This document shows positions 1-8,735 of a stretch of 64,000 nucleotides of DNA, piece by piece. A program made the translations under genes and the position numbers. The stretch comes from Planctomycetia bacterium (GTDB lineage: Bacteria > Planctomycetota > Planctomycetia > Pirellulales > Thermoguttaceae), in NCBI GenBank assembly GCA_030537455.1, contig JAUNMR010000014.1, positions 4,650 to 68,649 on the forward strand, written 5' to 3'. The notes beneath the pieces were generated by a model. It searched no databases and was not told the DNA's origin. It saw only the letters and a program-made list of their open reading frames with translations. Numbering within the stretch: the first letter of the stretch is position 1; the number at the start of each line of letters is the position of its first letter.

Positions 1-809
1 CCGCCCTGATAGCCTGAGGTCTGTAGCTGGCAAGTAAAGGCAAGCTCATTGCCAAAATCACGATCTTGGAAGGCGACCGTATCGTATTCCGCGAGGGTAA
101 TGCCCGATTTAGTACAATCTTGGAAGGGCTCGTCGGTCGACTTTAAGTAGACGCAACTCATCCAGGAGTAGCGACCCGAAAAAGCCTGGGTTTTAACTTT
201 GTAAACGCCGTCACTAAGAACGTTGTCGTCCTCCATCTCCAAACGCGGACGCAATTGCGTGCCGTCTTCGTCGCTCTCATCGCCCTGAATAAAGTCGTCG
301 GTCAGGTAGAAGGTACGCTCGATCAGCGCGTTGTCTACTTCATAATCACCTGGGAACAGAGGCGATAATCGCGTAAAGAAGACGTTTGAACCGCCGCTGG
401 GCGTCATCGCGATAAATTCAACGGCATTATTCGCTCCTAAAGGATCGACGAGGTACGGATATCGGAGGTTATACTTACAAACGCCGGAATCCATGAAGAA
501 GGATCTTTTAAGCGTGTCATCTGAATATAAAAAGGATGTAACGCCAACATTGTTTCGGCACTTCCAGTTATCCGGATCGGCCCAATTATAGGCGTCCATG
601 AATTCCGCGGCGGTAGCGCCGAGTTCGGCGGAGCGATCAGCCTCGTTCATCTGTGACATACGCATACCGCCGAAGGGAATCGCGGCGAGCACGCCGACCA
701 GACCGACGGCAAGCACCATAACGGACGCCATAATCTCCACAAGGGTCACCGCACGACGACGCGTGGCGAATCGAAGCGTGTCGCGTCGAATCTTCGTTGT
801 GTACGTCAT
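1..809 (-). CDS. Prepilin-type N-terminal domain protein (minor pseudopilin-like); 3' end lies outside the window
   Basis: Absent from the ORF track because it runs off the window edge. My own translation from the ATG at 807-809 gives MTYTTKIRRDTLRFATRRRAVTLVEIMASVMVLAVGLVGVLAAIPFG..., a basic leader, Glu at +5 and a hydrophobic helix. Its start lies 1 nt after the TAA (811-813) of the upstream pseudopilin gene, suggesting translational coupling. Confidence 0.7.
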   Translation of the reverse strand, partial: MTYTTKIRRDTLRFATRRRAVTLVEIMASVMVLAVGLVGVLAAIPFGGMRMSQMNEADRSAELGATAAEFMDAYNWADPDNWKCRNNVGVTSFLYSDDTLKRSFFMDSGVCKYNLRYPYLVDPLGANNAVEFIAMTPSGGSNVFFTRLSPLFPGDYEVDNALIERTFYLTDDFIQGDESDEDGTQLRPRLEMEDDNVLSDGVYKVKTQAFSGRYSWMSCVYLKSTDEPFQDCTKSGITLAEYDTVAFQDRDFGNELAFTCQLQTSGYQG

Positions 810-810
810 A

Positions 811-1869
811 TTAGCGACCTCCTAAGTTTCGAGTGGAGAATCGAGCGAATTCGCGCGACTCGTCAATGGCGTCGTCAAAATTGATGCGTCCACTGGTAGT
901 AGTTCCGAAGTTCAGCGGCTGGTTCACGGGAACCGTCGTGGTCATACCGGACTTCGGGTTAATAGCGACCCAGAAATTGGAACCGTCTTCAAAGTTCCAA
1001 AGACCGTCTTCGGCGACGGTCTCATTGAAATCGTCGGTAAGACCGAGCGCGGAGATACGATCCCAACGACCCACGAGGAAGTAGATCGTCCCGGATGGCA
1101 AGAAGCGCTCGCCGTCATTAACGACATAGTCGACCTCGCCATTGGCGGCGAACATAATGGTGACGTCGCTTCCGTGAGTAAAGGAAGAAGCGTCGGTACC
1201 GGAAAATTCCAGGTCGACCACGGCGCCTTGTGGCAAACCAATCGGCGCGGTCATCGTCGGTCGCGGTTCGCGCACAATCTTAAAGGGCGCGTCCTTTACG
1301 AAGGGGAAATTCAGCCCGGCAGGCTTCTTAACCCGACCGTCGCGATTTATGCGATAGAACGGTCCAACGGAGTTGAACTGAATCGACGCGTCCTTTTCAT
1401 CGCCAACAAAGTAATCCCAGTAGGGATCGTTGTACAACAAGTCGCGCACAACGTCGCCGTCGGCGTCGACGCTGTCGGAATCGGGATCAATTGAGGCGGT
1501 AGCGGAATCGTCCAGACCGGTGTAGTAAGGAGGCGTCTGAACCTGGCGCAAGACCAGCGAGACGGAACCTGCGCCGTAATCATAGCCAGGGTCAATTGTA
1601 GAGGGCGCGTCAAAACCGCTATCCCAAGAGCCTTCGAAGAACTCAAAGGTCACGCCACAGGGACGACCGGTGAGAATCGCGCGCATACGAGCGCGTTCAA
1701 GATAGGTCGCCACAGTCGAGGCGGCGCTGGAGGTCATTTGCGATTCGAGCATTGGCTTTATAGAAGGAACGCTCACCGCCGCCAACGTCAACATAATCGT
1801 AGCGACGACGAGAAGTTCAATCAGCGTCACGCCGTTACGCTTCGCGCGCGTTCGTATGATACGTGTCAT
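811..1869 (-). CDS. Prepilin-type N-terminal domain protein (pseudopilin-like, 352 aa)
   Basis: The N-terminus MTRIIRTRAKRNG|VTLIELLVVATIMLTLAAV has a basic leader, Gly-1, Glu+5 and a hydrophobic helix. I cannot assign the rest to a family. Confidence 0.8.
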   Translation of the reverse strand: MTRIIRTRAKRNGVTLIELLVVATIMLTLAAVSVPSIKPMLESQMTSSAASTVATYLERARMRAILTGRPCGVTFEFFEGSWDSGFDAPSTIDPGYDYGAGSVSLVLRQVQTPPYYTGLDDSATASIDPDSDSVDADGDVVRDLLYNDPYWDYFVGDEKDASIQFNSVGPFYRINRDGRVKKPAGLNFPFVKDAPFKIVREPRPTMTAPIGLPQGAVVDLEFSGTDASSFTHGSDVTIMFAANGEVDYVVNDGERFLPSGTIYFLVGRWDRISALGLTDDFNETVAEDGLWNFEDGSNFWVAINPKSGMTTTVPVNQPLNFGTTTSGRINFDDAIDESREFARFSTRNLGGR

Positions 1870-1969
1870 TGTTGGCTCCAGGTTTGAGATAAGGCAAATA
1901 TTTTGTACAGGCGACCTGTGATCTTATCGGCTACTAATACGACTACGTCTAACAGTTGTATGGATTGCA

Positions 1970-3004
1970 TTAATCCTCGACATATTCGCTTTCGAGCGTA
2001 CCGCGTTCAACGAAGTTAGCGAGGTTATCGGCGTCTTCCGGGGTCAGGTTATACTTCGGTTGCGTCGCGGGAGATCCTGGGCGAGGCGAATCCTGCTCAT
2101 TGGAACCGAACATACCGTCGGCGCCGGGATGAATCAACTGGAAACGTTTTTCTTCGTACCACGTCCCATTGTCAAAGTTACGCATGTAGGGCGTCGCACA
2201 GGAAACGAAGTTCAAATTGCCGTCGTCGGCAAGATAAAACTTTTTGAGCGCGTTACCATAGGGGCTATTAGGCGTCGGTCGGAAATACACAATCGGATAA
2301 CCGCCCTGACAGTAGGCGGGAATATAAGACTTGGTATTGCCTTCTAAATCATCCAGGTCAATCGGGTAGTACGCAGGCAAATCGCCGTCGTAATCAGGTG
2401 AAGAAGCATAAGCGCCAAGGAACTTACGTTCAAAGGTAAAGAGCGGCTTCTCACGCTTAGCGCGCCCCGGGCGACGCAAGGGCGTGCCTTCAGCGGTAAT
2501 TCCAAGAGGCGCTTTGGGACTGGCATAGAAACCACTGGGAACGCCGTTCTCATCCGGCAAACCGCCAAGCCAAAAGATTAGCGAAGAGACATAGCTCTTA
2601 ATTTGCCATTCATGCTTGCCGGAACCCACCTCGTCAATACTAGTAAGGGTATCGCTCTTACCCCACTGCTGACTCGACAAATCGCAACCGAGCGTAACAT
2701 GGTTAATAAAGGTATCGTAGTCAACACGATAGCGCGGCCAACGCTTACGCAAATGGCGAGTAACGGCGTCACTATCGCTCAGGTCAGGCGGATACTCGCC
2801 ATAGCGATTCTTATATTCGTCGAGCGCCATGGACAGTTGCGCCATTTGCGTGGAAATGATCGAATTATTGACAGTACGACGAGCGCCGACAACCACGGTG
2901 GTCGTTAAGCCTGCCAAGAGACCAATGATCACGATCACGACTAAGATTTCAACAAGTGTGAAACCTGCCAATCGCGTCGCGCGTGCATGCCTTTGTGTTG
3001 TCAT
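1970..3004 (-). CDS. Long GspG-like pseudopilin (344 aa)
   Basis: N-terminus ...ATRLAG|FTLVEILVVIVIIGLLAG. It is a paralogue of the 4155-5012 product, sharing YK.(K/R)YGEYPPD, (I/L)FWL(G/A)G, PIVYFR and FQLI.PG.DG.FG. Its start lies 5 nt after the stop of the upstream gene. Confidence 0.8.
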   Translation of the reverse strand: MTTQRHARATRLAGFTLVEILVVIVIIGLLAGLTTTVVVGARRTVNNSIISTQMAQLSMALDEYKNRYGEYPPDLSDSDAVTRHLRKRWPRYRVDYDTFINHVTLGCDLSSQQWGKSDTLTSIDEVGSGKHEWQIKSYVSSLIFWLGGLPDENGVPSGFYASPKAPLGITAEGTPLRRPGRAKREKPLFTFERKFLGAYASSPDYDGDLPAYYPIDLDDLEGNTKSYIPAYCQGGYPIVYFRPTPNSPYGNALKKFYLADDGNLNFVSCATPYMRNFDNGTWYEEKRFQLIHPGADGMFGSNEQDSPRPGSPATQPKYNLTPEDADNLANFVERGTLESEYVED

Positions 3005-3009
3005 TGCTA

Positions 3010-4098
3010 CTACCTTACCAACGTGTGATTGTCAAGATTGTCAAGATGAGCTTTATCGGATGAGTCCGGTTCGCCGAAAGTCAGAGACAGACCGGAGAAC
3101 GGATCGAGCATATCGCTAACGGAGCGGAGCGAGGCGTCGGCGACGCCCTGTTCCTCGTCGCCATTTACCTCAGAGCGCACAACGTCCGGCATGACCAGAC
3201 CGTATTTACCGTCGGGACCAGCAGAGAAGACGTAAGGCACTAGGAACCAACCGGCCGGCATTTCACGACCATTGAGCGCATAGTAGTCGCCGCTGGATTG
3301 ACGCCAGTTATCTAGGAATCCCAACGGATCGAACGGGTCGGCGTCTTCTTTATCGATCGTAGCGCCCGATCCATAAGATTGGGGCTGACGATCGCTTCTA
3401 GTGAGACCGGGCGCCCAGCGCATCCAGCAGATCGGACGTCCCCAACCGTCGACGAACTCGAAGAGCCCATTGCCGTCGGTATCGGCGATTTCTCGATCGG
3501 TAAACGCCAGTCTCGCTTCGGGGTCTGCGTTTGTGATCACCAAGTAGAGGAGTTCGGCGTTGGCGGTATAGGCGTTGCCACTACCCATATCCCCAACGAC
3601 GCTCGTTTTATTAAGCGCACGGTTGACTGACGTGATATACGACTTCTGAAGGGAGGTCGCGAGACTACCGGCGCCAGCGTTGTAAATAGCCGAGGGTTCT
3701 AGTAATTCCGCTTCTGAACAGGGAAGATCGCACCGCAACAGGTCGCGCATAGCGAAGATACGCGCGGGAACACGATCGAGTTTGGATTCGATCGCCAGGT
3801 TAGTATCGTCCAGGGCAATGCGTCGATACTGGTACTTTTCATAAATCGGCGTGAGCACTGCGTCGATCTTTGCAATGGTCGTACGCGTCTGGGTTGCGCG
3901 AGCGCTAGCAATCGATGCGCGCACGGTCGTAATAGAGATCGCGCTGAGAATGCCGATAATTGTAATGACAGTCAGTAACTCGACCAGGGTAAAACCGACG
4001 CGCTTGCTCATTCGATCGTGCGCAATACGTCGCATTGCGTATCGTTCGTTTTGTCTAGGAATTGTCATTCGCCTACCCGTCGGTTTAAAAGGAATCAA
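3010..4098 (-). CDS. Prepilin-type N-terminal domain protein (pseudopilin-like)
   Basis: The longest ORF is 362 aa. It contains MSKRVG|FTLVELLTVITIIGILSAISI, and an ATG at 4011 would give a classical 6-aa leader. Other in-frame starts are at 4035 and 4068. C-terminal FSAGPDGKYG resembles the GspG-type DG motif. Confidence 0.8.
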   Translation of the reverse strand: MIPFKPTGRRMTIPRQNERYAMRRIAHDRMSKRVGFTLVELLTVITIIGILSAISITTVRASIASARATQTRTTIAKIDAVLTPIYEKYQYRRIALDDTNLAIESKLDRVPARIFAMRDLLRCDLPCSEAELLEPSAIYNAGAGSLATSLQKSYITSVNRALNKTSVVGDMGSGNAYTANAELLYLVITNADPEARLAFTDREIADTDGNGLFEFVDGWGRPICWMRWAPGLTRSDRQPQSYGSGATIDKEDADPFDPLGFLDNWRQSSGDYYALNGREMPAGWFLVPYVFSAGPDGKYGLVMPDVVRSEVNGDEEQGVADASLRSVSDMLDPFSGLSLTFGEPDSSDKAHLDNLDNHTLVR

Positions 4099-4154
4099 GT
4101 CTGACGTTATTTGCGGGAGCGCCTCTATCGCTCTAAAGCTTGCGATCTCGCACG

Positions 4155-5012
4155 TTATTCGATATCGTCGCCGATCGTCGCGCCATTGCTGAAGTTGGTT
4201 ATATTGTCACGGTCGGCGGTGGTAAAGGTACTGGAATCTTTCAAGTCGCGAGCAACATAATCGCCGTGGTGCTCGTCGTCGCCATAGGGATCGTCCCCGA
4301 AAAGACCGTCTTCCCCTGGCAGTATGAGCTGGAAGGAGTCGCTATTGTACCAGACGCCGCCGTTCATATAGGGCGCCGCCTCGCCACGACCATGGGAATG
4401 ATAATCCTTACCATCGTAACCGCTTTTGGCGTGTGCGCGGAAGTATACGATCGGCATGCCCTTGTACATGAACCCTTCATCGTTGTAGTTACCGCCGCCG
4501 GAACCGTCGGGATCGCTGTCATAGGTCAGTTCGATCATCGGCTCTTCACGCGGTCCGTCCGAGTCGATACAAAAGGGATCGGCGTCGTCGAGACCAAAGC
4601 CTTCGCCGTCGGGGCCGGCGAGCCAGAAGAGCAAGGGATAGCCGTCGCCCTTGGCGTAATTGTCACGAACAATTTTGAACATGAGGACGTTGCCGTCGGC
4701 GTCTTTCCTATTAAAAACGCCGGACTTCAAAGCGTTCTTCCAACGCTTAAGAACATGCGAACGAATTTCCGCGTCGGTCGCGGCGCTATCCGGGGGATAT
4801 TCGCCGTACTTCTGCTTATACATTTCAACGGCTTGCGCGATATCGTCTAGACGCACGCGCGCGGTAGCGCCAGTAACGAACTTACGAGCGGCGACGACCG
4901 CGACGAGCGCGGCGGAACTCAGTATTCCGATAATGGCGATCACAACCAGGAGCTCAACGAGGGTAAAGCCTTCGCGAGGAGCGCCGGAGCGTTGATAGGC
5001 ATAGGACGTCAT
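4155..5012 (-). CDS. Long GspG-like pseudopilin
   Basis: The ORF track extends to 5135. I prefer the ATG at 5012, which gives MTSYAYQRSGAPREG|FTLVELLVVIAIIGILSSAALV with a 15-aa leader instead of 56 aa. It is a paralogue of the 1970-3004 product and is the first pseudopilin gene after the platform gene. Confidence 0.75.
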   Translation of the reverse strand: MTSYAYQRSGAPREGFTLVELLVVIAIIGILSSAALVAVVAARKFVTGATARVRLDDIAQAVEMYKQKYGEYPPDSAATDAEIRSHVLKRWKNALKSGVFNRKDADGNVLMFKIVRDNYAKGDGYPLLFWLAGPDGEGFGLDDADPFCIDSDGPREEPMIELTYDSDPDGSGGGNYNDEGFMYKGMPIVYFRAHAKSGYDGKDYHSHGRGEAAPYMNGGVWYNSDSFQLILPGEDGLFGDDPYGDDEHHGDYVARDLKDSSTFTTADRDNITNFSNGATIGDDIE

Positions 5013-5141
5013 AACAGGATTCCCAGAAGCGCAAGCGCGCAAAAAATGCTTACGCGATCCGCGTAAGGACTGAACCGCGCGTGTGTTGTGTTGTCTTTTA
5101 GAGGAGGCGAACCGCCCCAAAGTTCCAAAAGACACGACTTG

Positions 5142-6470
5142 TCAATTGGACAAGGACTCAATGAGCTTAATCATGGGGAGGAAGAGCGCGATAACGATGG
5201 TACCGACCATACCGCCGAGGAACATAACCAGTAGCGGTTCGATCATACTCATGAGCGCGTCGGTATAGACGGCGACTTCATCGTCGAACACGTCCGCGAC
5301 CTTATAGAGCATGGTGTCGAGTTCACCGGTTTCTTCACCGACGTCCACCATATTGACGACGATATCGCCGAGGATTTTATTCTGCAACTTCATAAGGTAG
5401 AGCAGGCATCCGATCGGACCTCCCAGAAAGATGAAGAAGTAGAAGAGGCATCCGAAGTGGAAACCGGGGCGCGAGTTATTACGCATTGGGTTCGCAATGG
5501 TATCACCGTCGCGAATCGCTTCCAAGATCTTCTGGTACATAGCCTCGAAGACGCCGTTGTTAGCGGTTTCACGCGTAATGTGAAGCGCTTCGAGGATCGG
5601 CACGCCGGACTGAACCAGGGTGCCGAGCGTACGCGTGGTACGAGCAACGACGGTCTTCTCTACCAGAATACCGAAGATCGGCACGCGCAGTAGGAACAAG
5701 TGCCAACCGAAGCGCAAGTAGGAAAAGGACGTCGTAATCTTAATAAAGAGCCAGATCGAGAACGGAATACCGGGCAACAGGTACCAGTAGGTCACGAACG
5801 CGTGGGAAGCGCTCATGAGGAACTTGGTAAGAGACGGCAGTTCAAGGTCAAAGTCTTTAAAGATGTCTTCGAACTTCGGAACGATGTTCGTCATAATGAA
5901 GAACATAATACCGATAGAGAAGAGCAAAACGGCGACCGGGTAGGTCATAGCCGATTTAATTTTCGCCTTCAATTCTTCGGAGCGTTCGAGGAACTCCGAG
6001 AGGCGTTGCAAAATGACTTCCAGCGCGCCGCCTGCCTCGCCCGCCTTGATCATGTTGACGTACAAACGATTGAACGCCTTGGGCGATTTACCCATTGCCT
6101 CGGAGAGGCTCGAACCGCTTTCGATCTCCGCGCACACGTCGATGAGGCAGTTACGCAACGCGCCAGGTTTCGACTGCTGCATGAGAATATTGAGACTGCG
6201 TAGAATCGGCAGACCCGCGTCTTGCAGAATCGAAAGGTTACGCGTGAAGTCGCGCAGGAGCTTCGGCTTAACTTTTCCGAATGAAAAGGTTTTCCCGTTA
6301 GAGGCGGCCTTCTTCTTCTGAACCTTACGATCCTTGTGAAGGGCGATTTTCGTCACCAAATAACCGCCCTCCTTAAGAGTTGCGGTTACTTCTTCTTCGG
6401 ACGACGCCTCGATAATGTCGGTAAAACCTTTACCCGCGGCGTCGACCGCCTCTACTTTATATTTCGGCAT
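5142..6470 (-). CDS. Type II secretion / type IV pilus platform protein (GspF/PilC family)
   Basis: 442 aa with two T2SSF-like halves (LSEAMGKSPKAFNRLYVNMIKAGEAGGALE and ...KILGDIVVNMVDVGEETGELD). Hydrophobic segments sit at about residues 175-197, 222-245 and 410-432. The N-terminus MPKYKVEAVDAAGK.. is typical of the family. Confidence 0.85.
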   Translation of the reverse strand: MPKYKVEAVDAAGKGFTDIIEASSEEEVTATLKEGGYLVTKIALHKDRKVQKKKAASNGKTFSFGKVKPKLLRDFTRNLSILQDAGLPILRSLNILMQQSKPGALRNCLIDVCAEIESGSSLSEAMGKSPKAFNRLYVNMIKAGEAGGALEVILQRLSEFLERSEELKAKIKSAMTYPVAVLLFSIGIMFFIMTNIVPKFEDIFKDFDLELPSLTKFLMSASHAFVTYWYLLPGIPFSIWLFIKITTSFSYLRFGWHLFLLRVPIFGILVEKTVVARTTRTLGTLVQSGVPILEALHITRETANNGVFEAMYQKILEAIRDGDTIANPMRNNSRPGFHFGCLFYFFIFLGGPIGCLLYLMKLQNKILGDIVVNMVDVGEETGELDTMLYKVADVFDDEVAVYTDALMSMIEPLLVMFLGGMVGTIVIALFLPMIKLIESLSN

Positions 6471-6622
6471 GGGAATACCTTTATAAGAAAGCTAACGGCT
6501 ACAAAAGACTGCACGCCGCGAAGGCGATTGGTCTAAGGTCGTTTGACGAAACAAGGCGGCAAACAGAGTTTCGTCGGCATGAACGCGCATAAGCGCGGCT
6601 TATTCTTAGTTTCAGGGGGCTA

Positions 6623-8353
6623 CTAGGCGTCCAAAACGGTCTCGCGCACAACCTCTTCGATGGTAGTGACGCCTTCGAAGACCTTCGACATACCGGCGTC
6701 GCGCAGGGTAATCATACCGTTGCGCATAGCGGCGTCGCGCATTTCCGCGACCGAACCGTTACGAAGAATAATGTCGCGAATTTCTTCGTTCACAGTGAGG
6801 AACTCGTGAATCGCGGTACGCCCTTTATAACCGGTGTTATTGCAGGCGGCGCAACCGGCGCCTTGGTAAAAGTGTTTGCCGACAACGTCTTGGGGCGTGA
6901 GCCCCAGTTCGGCAAGTTGCTCTTCCGACGGCTTGATCTCGGTACGACATTCCTTGCAGACACGACGCACAAGTCGTTGCGCAAGAATCGCTTGGAGCGT
7001 CGCGGTGATAAGGAACTCGGGAATTCCCATATCTTTGAGACGCGTAATGGTACTTGGCGCGTCGTTGGTATGCAACGTACTGAAGACCAAGTGACCAGTG
7101 AGGGAGGCTTGCACGGCGATTTGTGCGGTTTCGCGGTCGCGGATTTCCCCAACGAGGATCTTATCGGGGTCTTGTCGGAGAATGGAGCGCAGACACTGCG
7201 CGAAGGTATTGCCGATTTCCGCGTCGATCGGCATTTGAATGATACCGTCGATGTCGTACTCCACGGGGTCTTCGGTCGTCATGAGCTTTTCGGTAATGAC
7301 GTTGAGTTCCGAGAGCGCGGCGTAAAGGGTTGTGGTTTTACCGGAGCCGGTGGGACCGGTAACGAGGATAATACCATTGGGCAGTTCAATCACCTCGCGG
7401 AAGCGCGCGATGAGATCCTGCGACATCCCGACGTTATTGAGGTCGAGGGAAATAACGGACTTATCCAAGATTCGGCAGACGACGCTTTCCCCGAACATAG
7501 TGGGCAGAACGCTGACGCGGAAGTCGATCGGGTTACCGGCGACCATGAGTCGAATACGCCCGTCCTGAGGCAAGCGCTTTTCAGCGATATCGAGGTTCGC
7601 CAAAACCTTAATACGCGTGGTAATAGCGCTAGCGAGGTGTCGTGGCGGGGGCACCATTTCGTAGAGGGTGCCGTCGGCCTTAATACGGATTTTGAACTCG
7701 TCTTCGAACGGTTCGAAGTGCAAGTCGCTTGCGTGGTCTTTAATCCCGAGGAGGAAGACCATATTGAGCAACTTACGCACCGGAGCGCTCTCCGCGAGCG
7801 CTTCGGCGCTGGTGATATCGATATCGCCGCTTTCGGACTCTTCCAGAGCCTTTTGGAACTCCGCGTCGTTCTCCATCCCGGCGATAATCGACTCAACGCT
7901 ATCGCCTTCGTCGGTGGCGTAGTAGCGTTCCAGCGCGACTTCGATTTCCTTCTGGGTGGAGACGACCAGGCGGATCTGATAGCCGAGGAAGTTCCGTAGT
8001 TCGTCGATAACGGATATATTTTGGGGCTCAGCGGTCGCGATCGTGAGGATTTCGCCGCCATTGGGATCGGAGCGCAAATTCAGGGGAATCACGCGATACA
8101 ATTTCGCCATCGGCTCGGTCATGAGCTGCAGCGTTTCGGGCGGAATGGTCAAATCGGAGATGGCGACCACCTGCAGACCGAACTGCTCCGCGAGCGCTTG
8201 AGCGAGCTGGTCGTCGCTGATCATACCCATACCGATCGCAATTTGACCGATAAGATCATTGGGGCGTTGGTTCTGTTCCTCACGCAACAGATCCAACTGT
8301 TCGTCGTCGATATACCCGAGGTCGACGAGGATTTGACCGAAACTTCGCGCCAT
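6623..8353 (-). CDS. GspE/PilB-type secretion ATPase, copy 2 (576 aa)
   Basis: The N-domain resembles T2SSE_N (FGQILVDLGYIDDEQLDLLREEQ; LIGQIAIGMGMISDDQLAQALAEQ). It has Walker A GPTGSGKTTT, an LVGEIRD box, and the tetracysteine motif CKEC...CAAC. Confidence 0.9.
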   Translation of the reverse strand: MARSFGQILVDLGYIDDEQLDLLREEQNQRPNDLIGQIAIGMGMISDDQLAQALAEQFGLQVVAISDLTIPPETLQLMTEPMAKLYRVIPLNLRSDPNGGEILTIATAEPQNISVIDELRNFLGYQIRLVVSTQKEIEVALERYYATDEGDSVESIIAGMENDAEFQKALEESESGDIDITSAEALAESAPVRKLLNMVFLLGIKDHASDLHFEPFEDEFKIRIKADGTLYEMVPPPRHLASAITTRIKVLANLDIAEKRLPQDGRIRLMVAGNPIDFRVSVLPTMFGESVVCRILDKSVISLDLNNVGMSQDLIARFREVIELPNGIILVTGPTGSGKTTTLYAALSELNVITEKLMTTEDPVEYDIDGIIQMPIDAEIGNTFAQCLRSILRQDPDKILVGEIRDRETAQIAVQASLTGHLVFSTLHTNDAPSTITRLKDMGIPEFLITATLQAILAQRLVRRVCKECRTEIKPSEEQLAELGLTPQDVVGKHFYQGAGCAACNNTGYKGRTAIHEFLTVNEEIRDIILRNGSVAEMRDAAMRNGMITLRDAGMSKVFEGVTTIEEVVRETVLDA

Positions 8354-8375
8354 TCTGTAGTAAACTCCTGCGTTG

Positions 8376-8384
8376 ATTATAACA
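8376..8384 (-). promoter_or_regulatory. Candidate extended -10 promoter element (TGTTATAAT) for the second GspE gene
   Basis: The minus strand reads ...gagcgTGTTATAATcaacgcAGGAGtttactacagaATG. That gives an extended -10 about 22 nt upstream of the ATG at 8353 and an AGGAG Shine-Dalgarno 11 nt upstream. I found no good -35. Confidence 0.3.
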
Positions 8385-8705
8385 CGCTCCCCGGAGCCGA
8401 ACTGTGACCGGAAAGCTCGCCAAAATTTTTTGCCGTAACTTTGGCGTCAAGGCGAACGTGCGTCAAAACGATCCCATGCCAATCGCGCGCGATTTTTATA
8501 TTTGCTTTAAAACGCTACACAAATTGCTTCGTCTTGATGCAGTTCGCATTGTTTCACAAGGGTTATAATCGCGAAACAGGAACTAAAGTAACGTTTTGCA
8601 AATACGGCGCCAAATGGCGTTCTTCTCATAGTTTCGTCGCTACGCTTGGGGGGCGCGAACGACGAGCAATGCGCTGTCATTACCGGAACGCGACGCGCGA
8701 GTTCC

Positions 8706-8734
8706 GCAGTAGGACGCGGAAAGCGTCCTGCTGC
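8706..8734 (-). other. GC-rich stem-loop immediately 3' of pilT, without a U-tract
   Basis: gcagtaggacgc ggaaa gcgtcctgctgc forms a 12-bp stem (one G-U pair) starting 2 nt after the pilT stop. No T-run follows on the minus strand, so it is not a classical intrinsic terminator. Confidence 0.4.
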
Positions 8735-8735
8735 A

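Noticed and set aside
4140-4850. A 236-aa plus-strand ORF.
   Set aside because: It is antisense to the pseudopilin gene at 4155-5012, which has a clear prepilin signal and a paralogue. The plus-strand product has no features.
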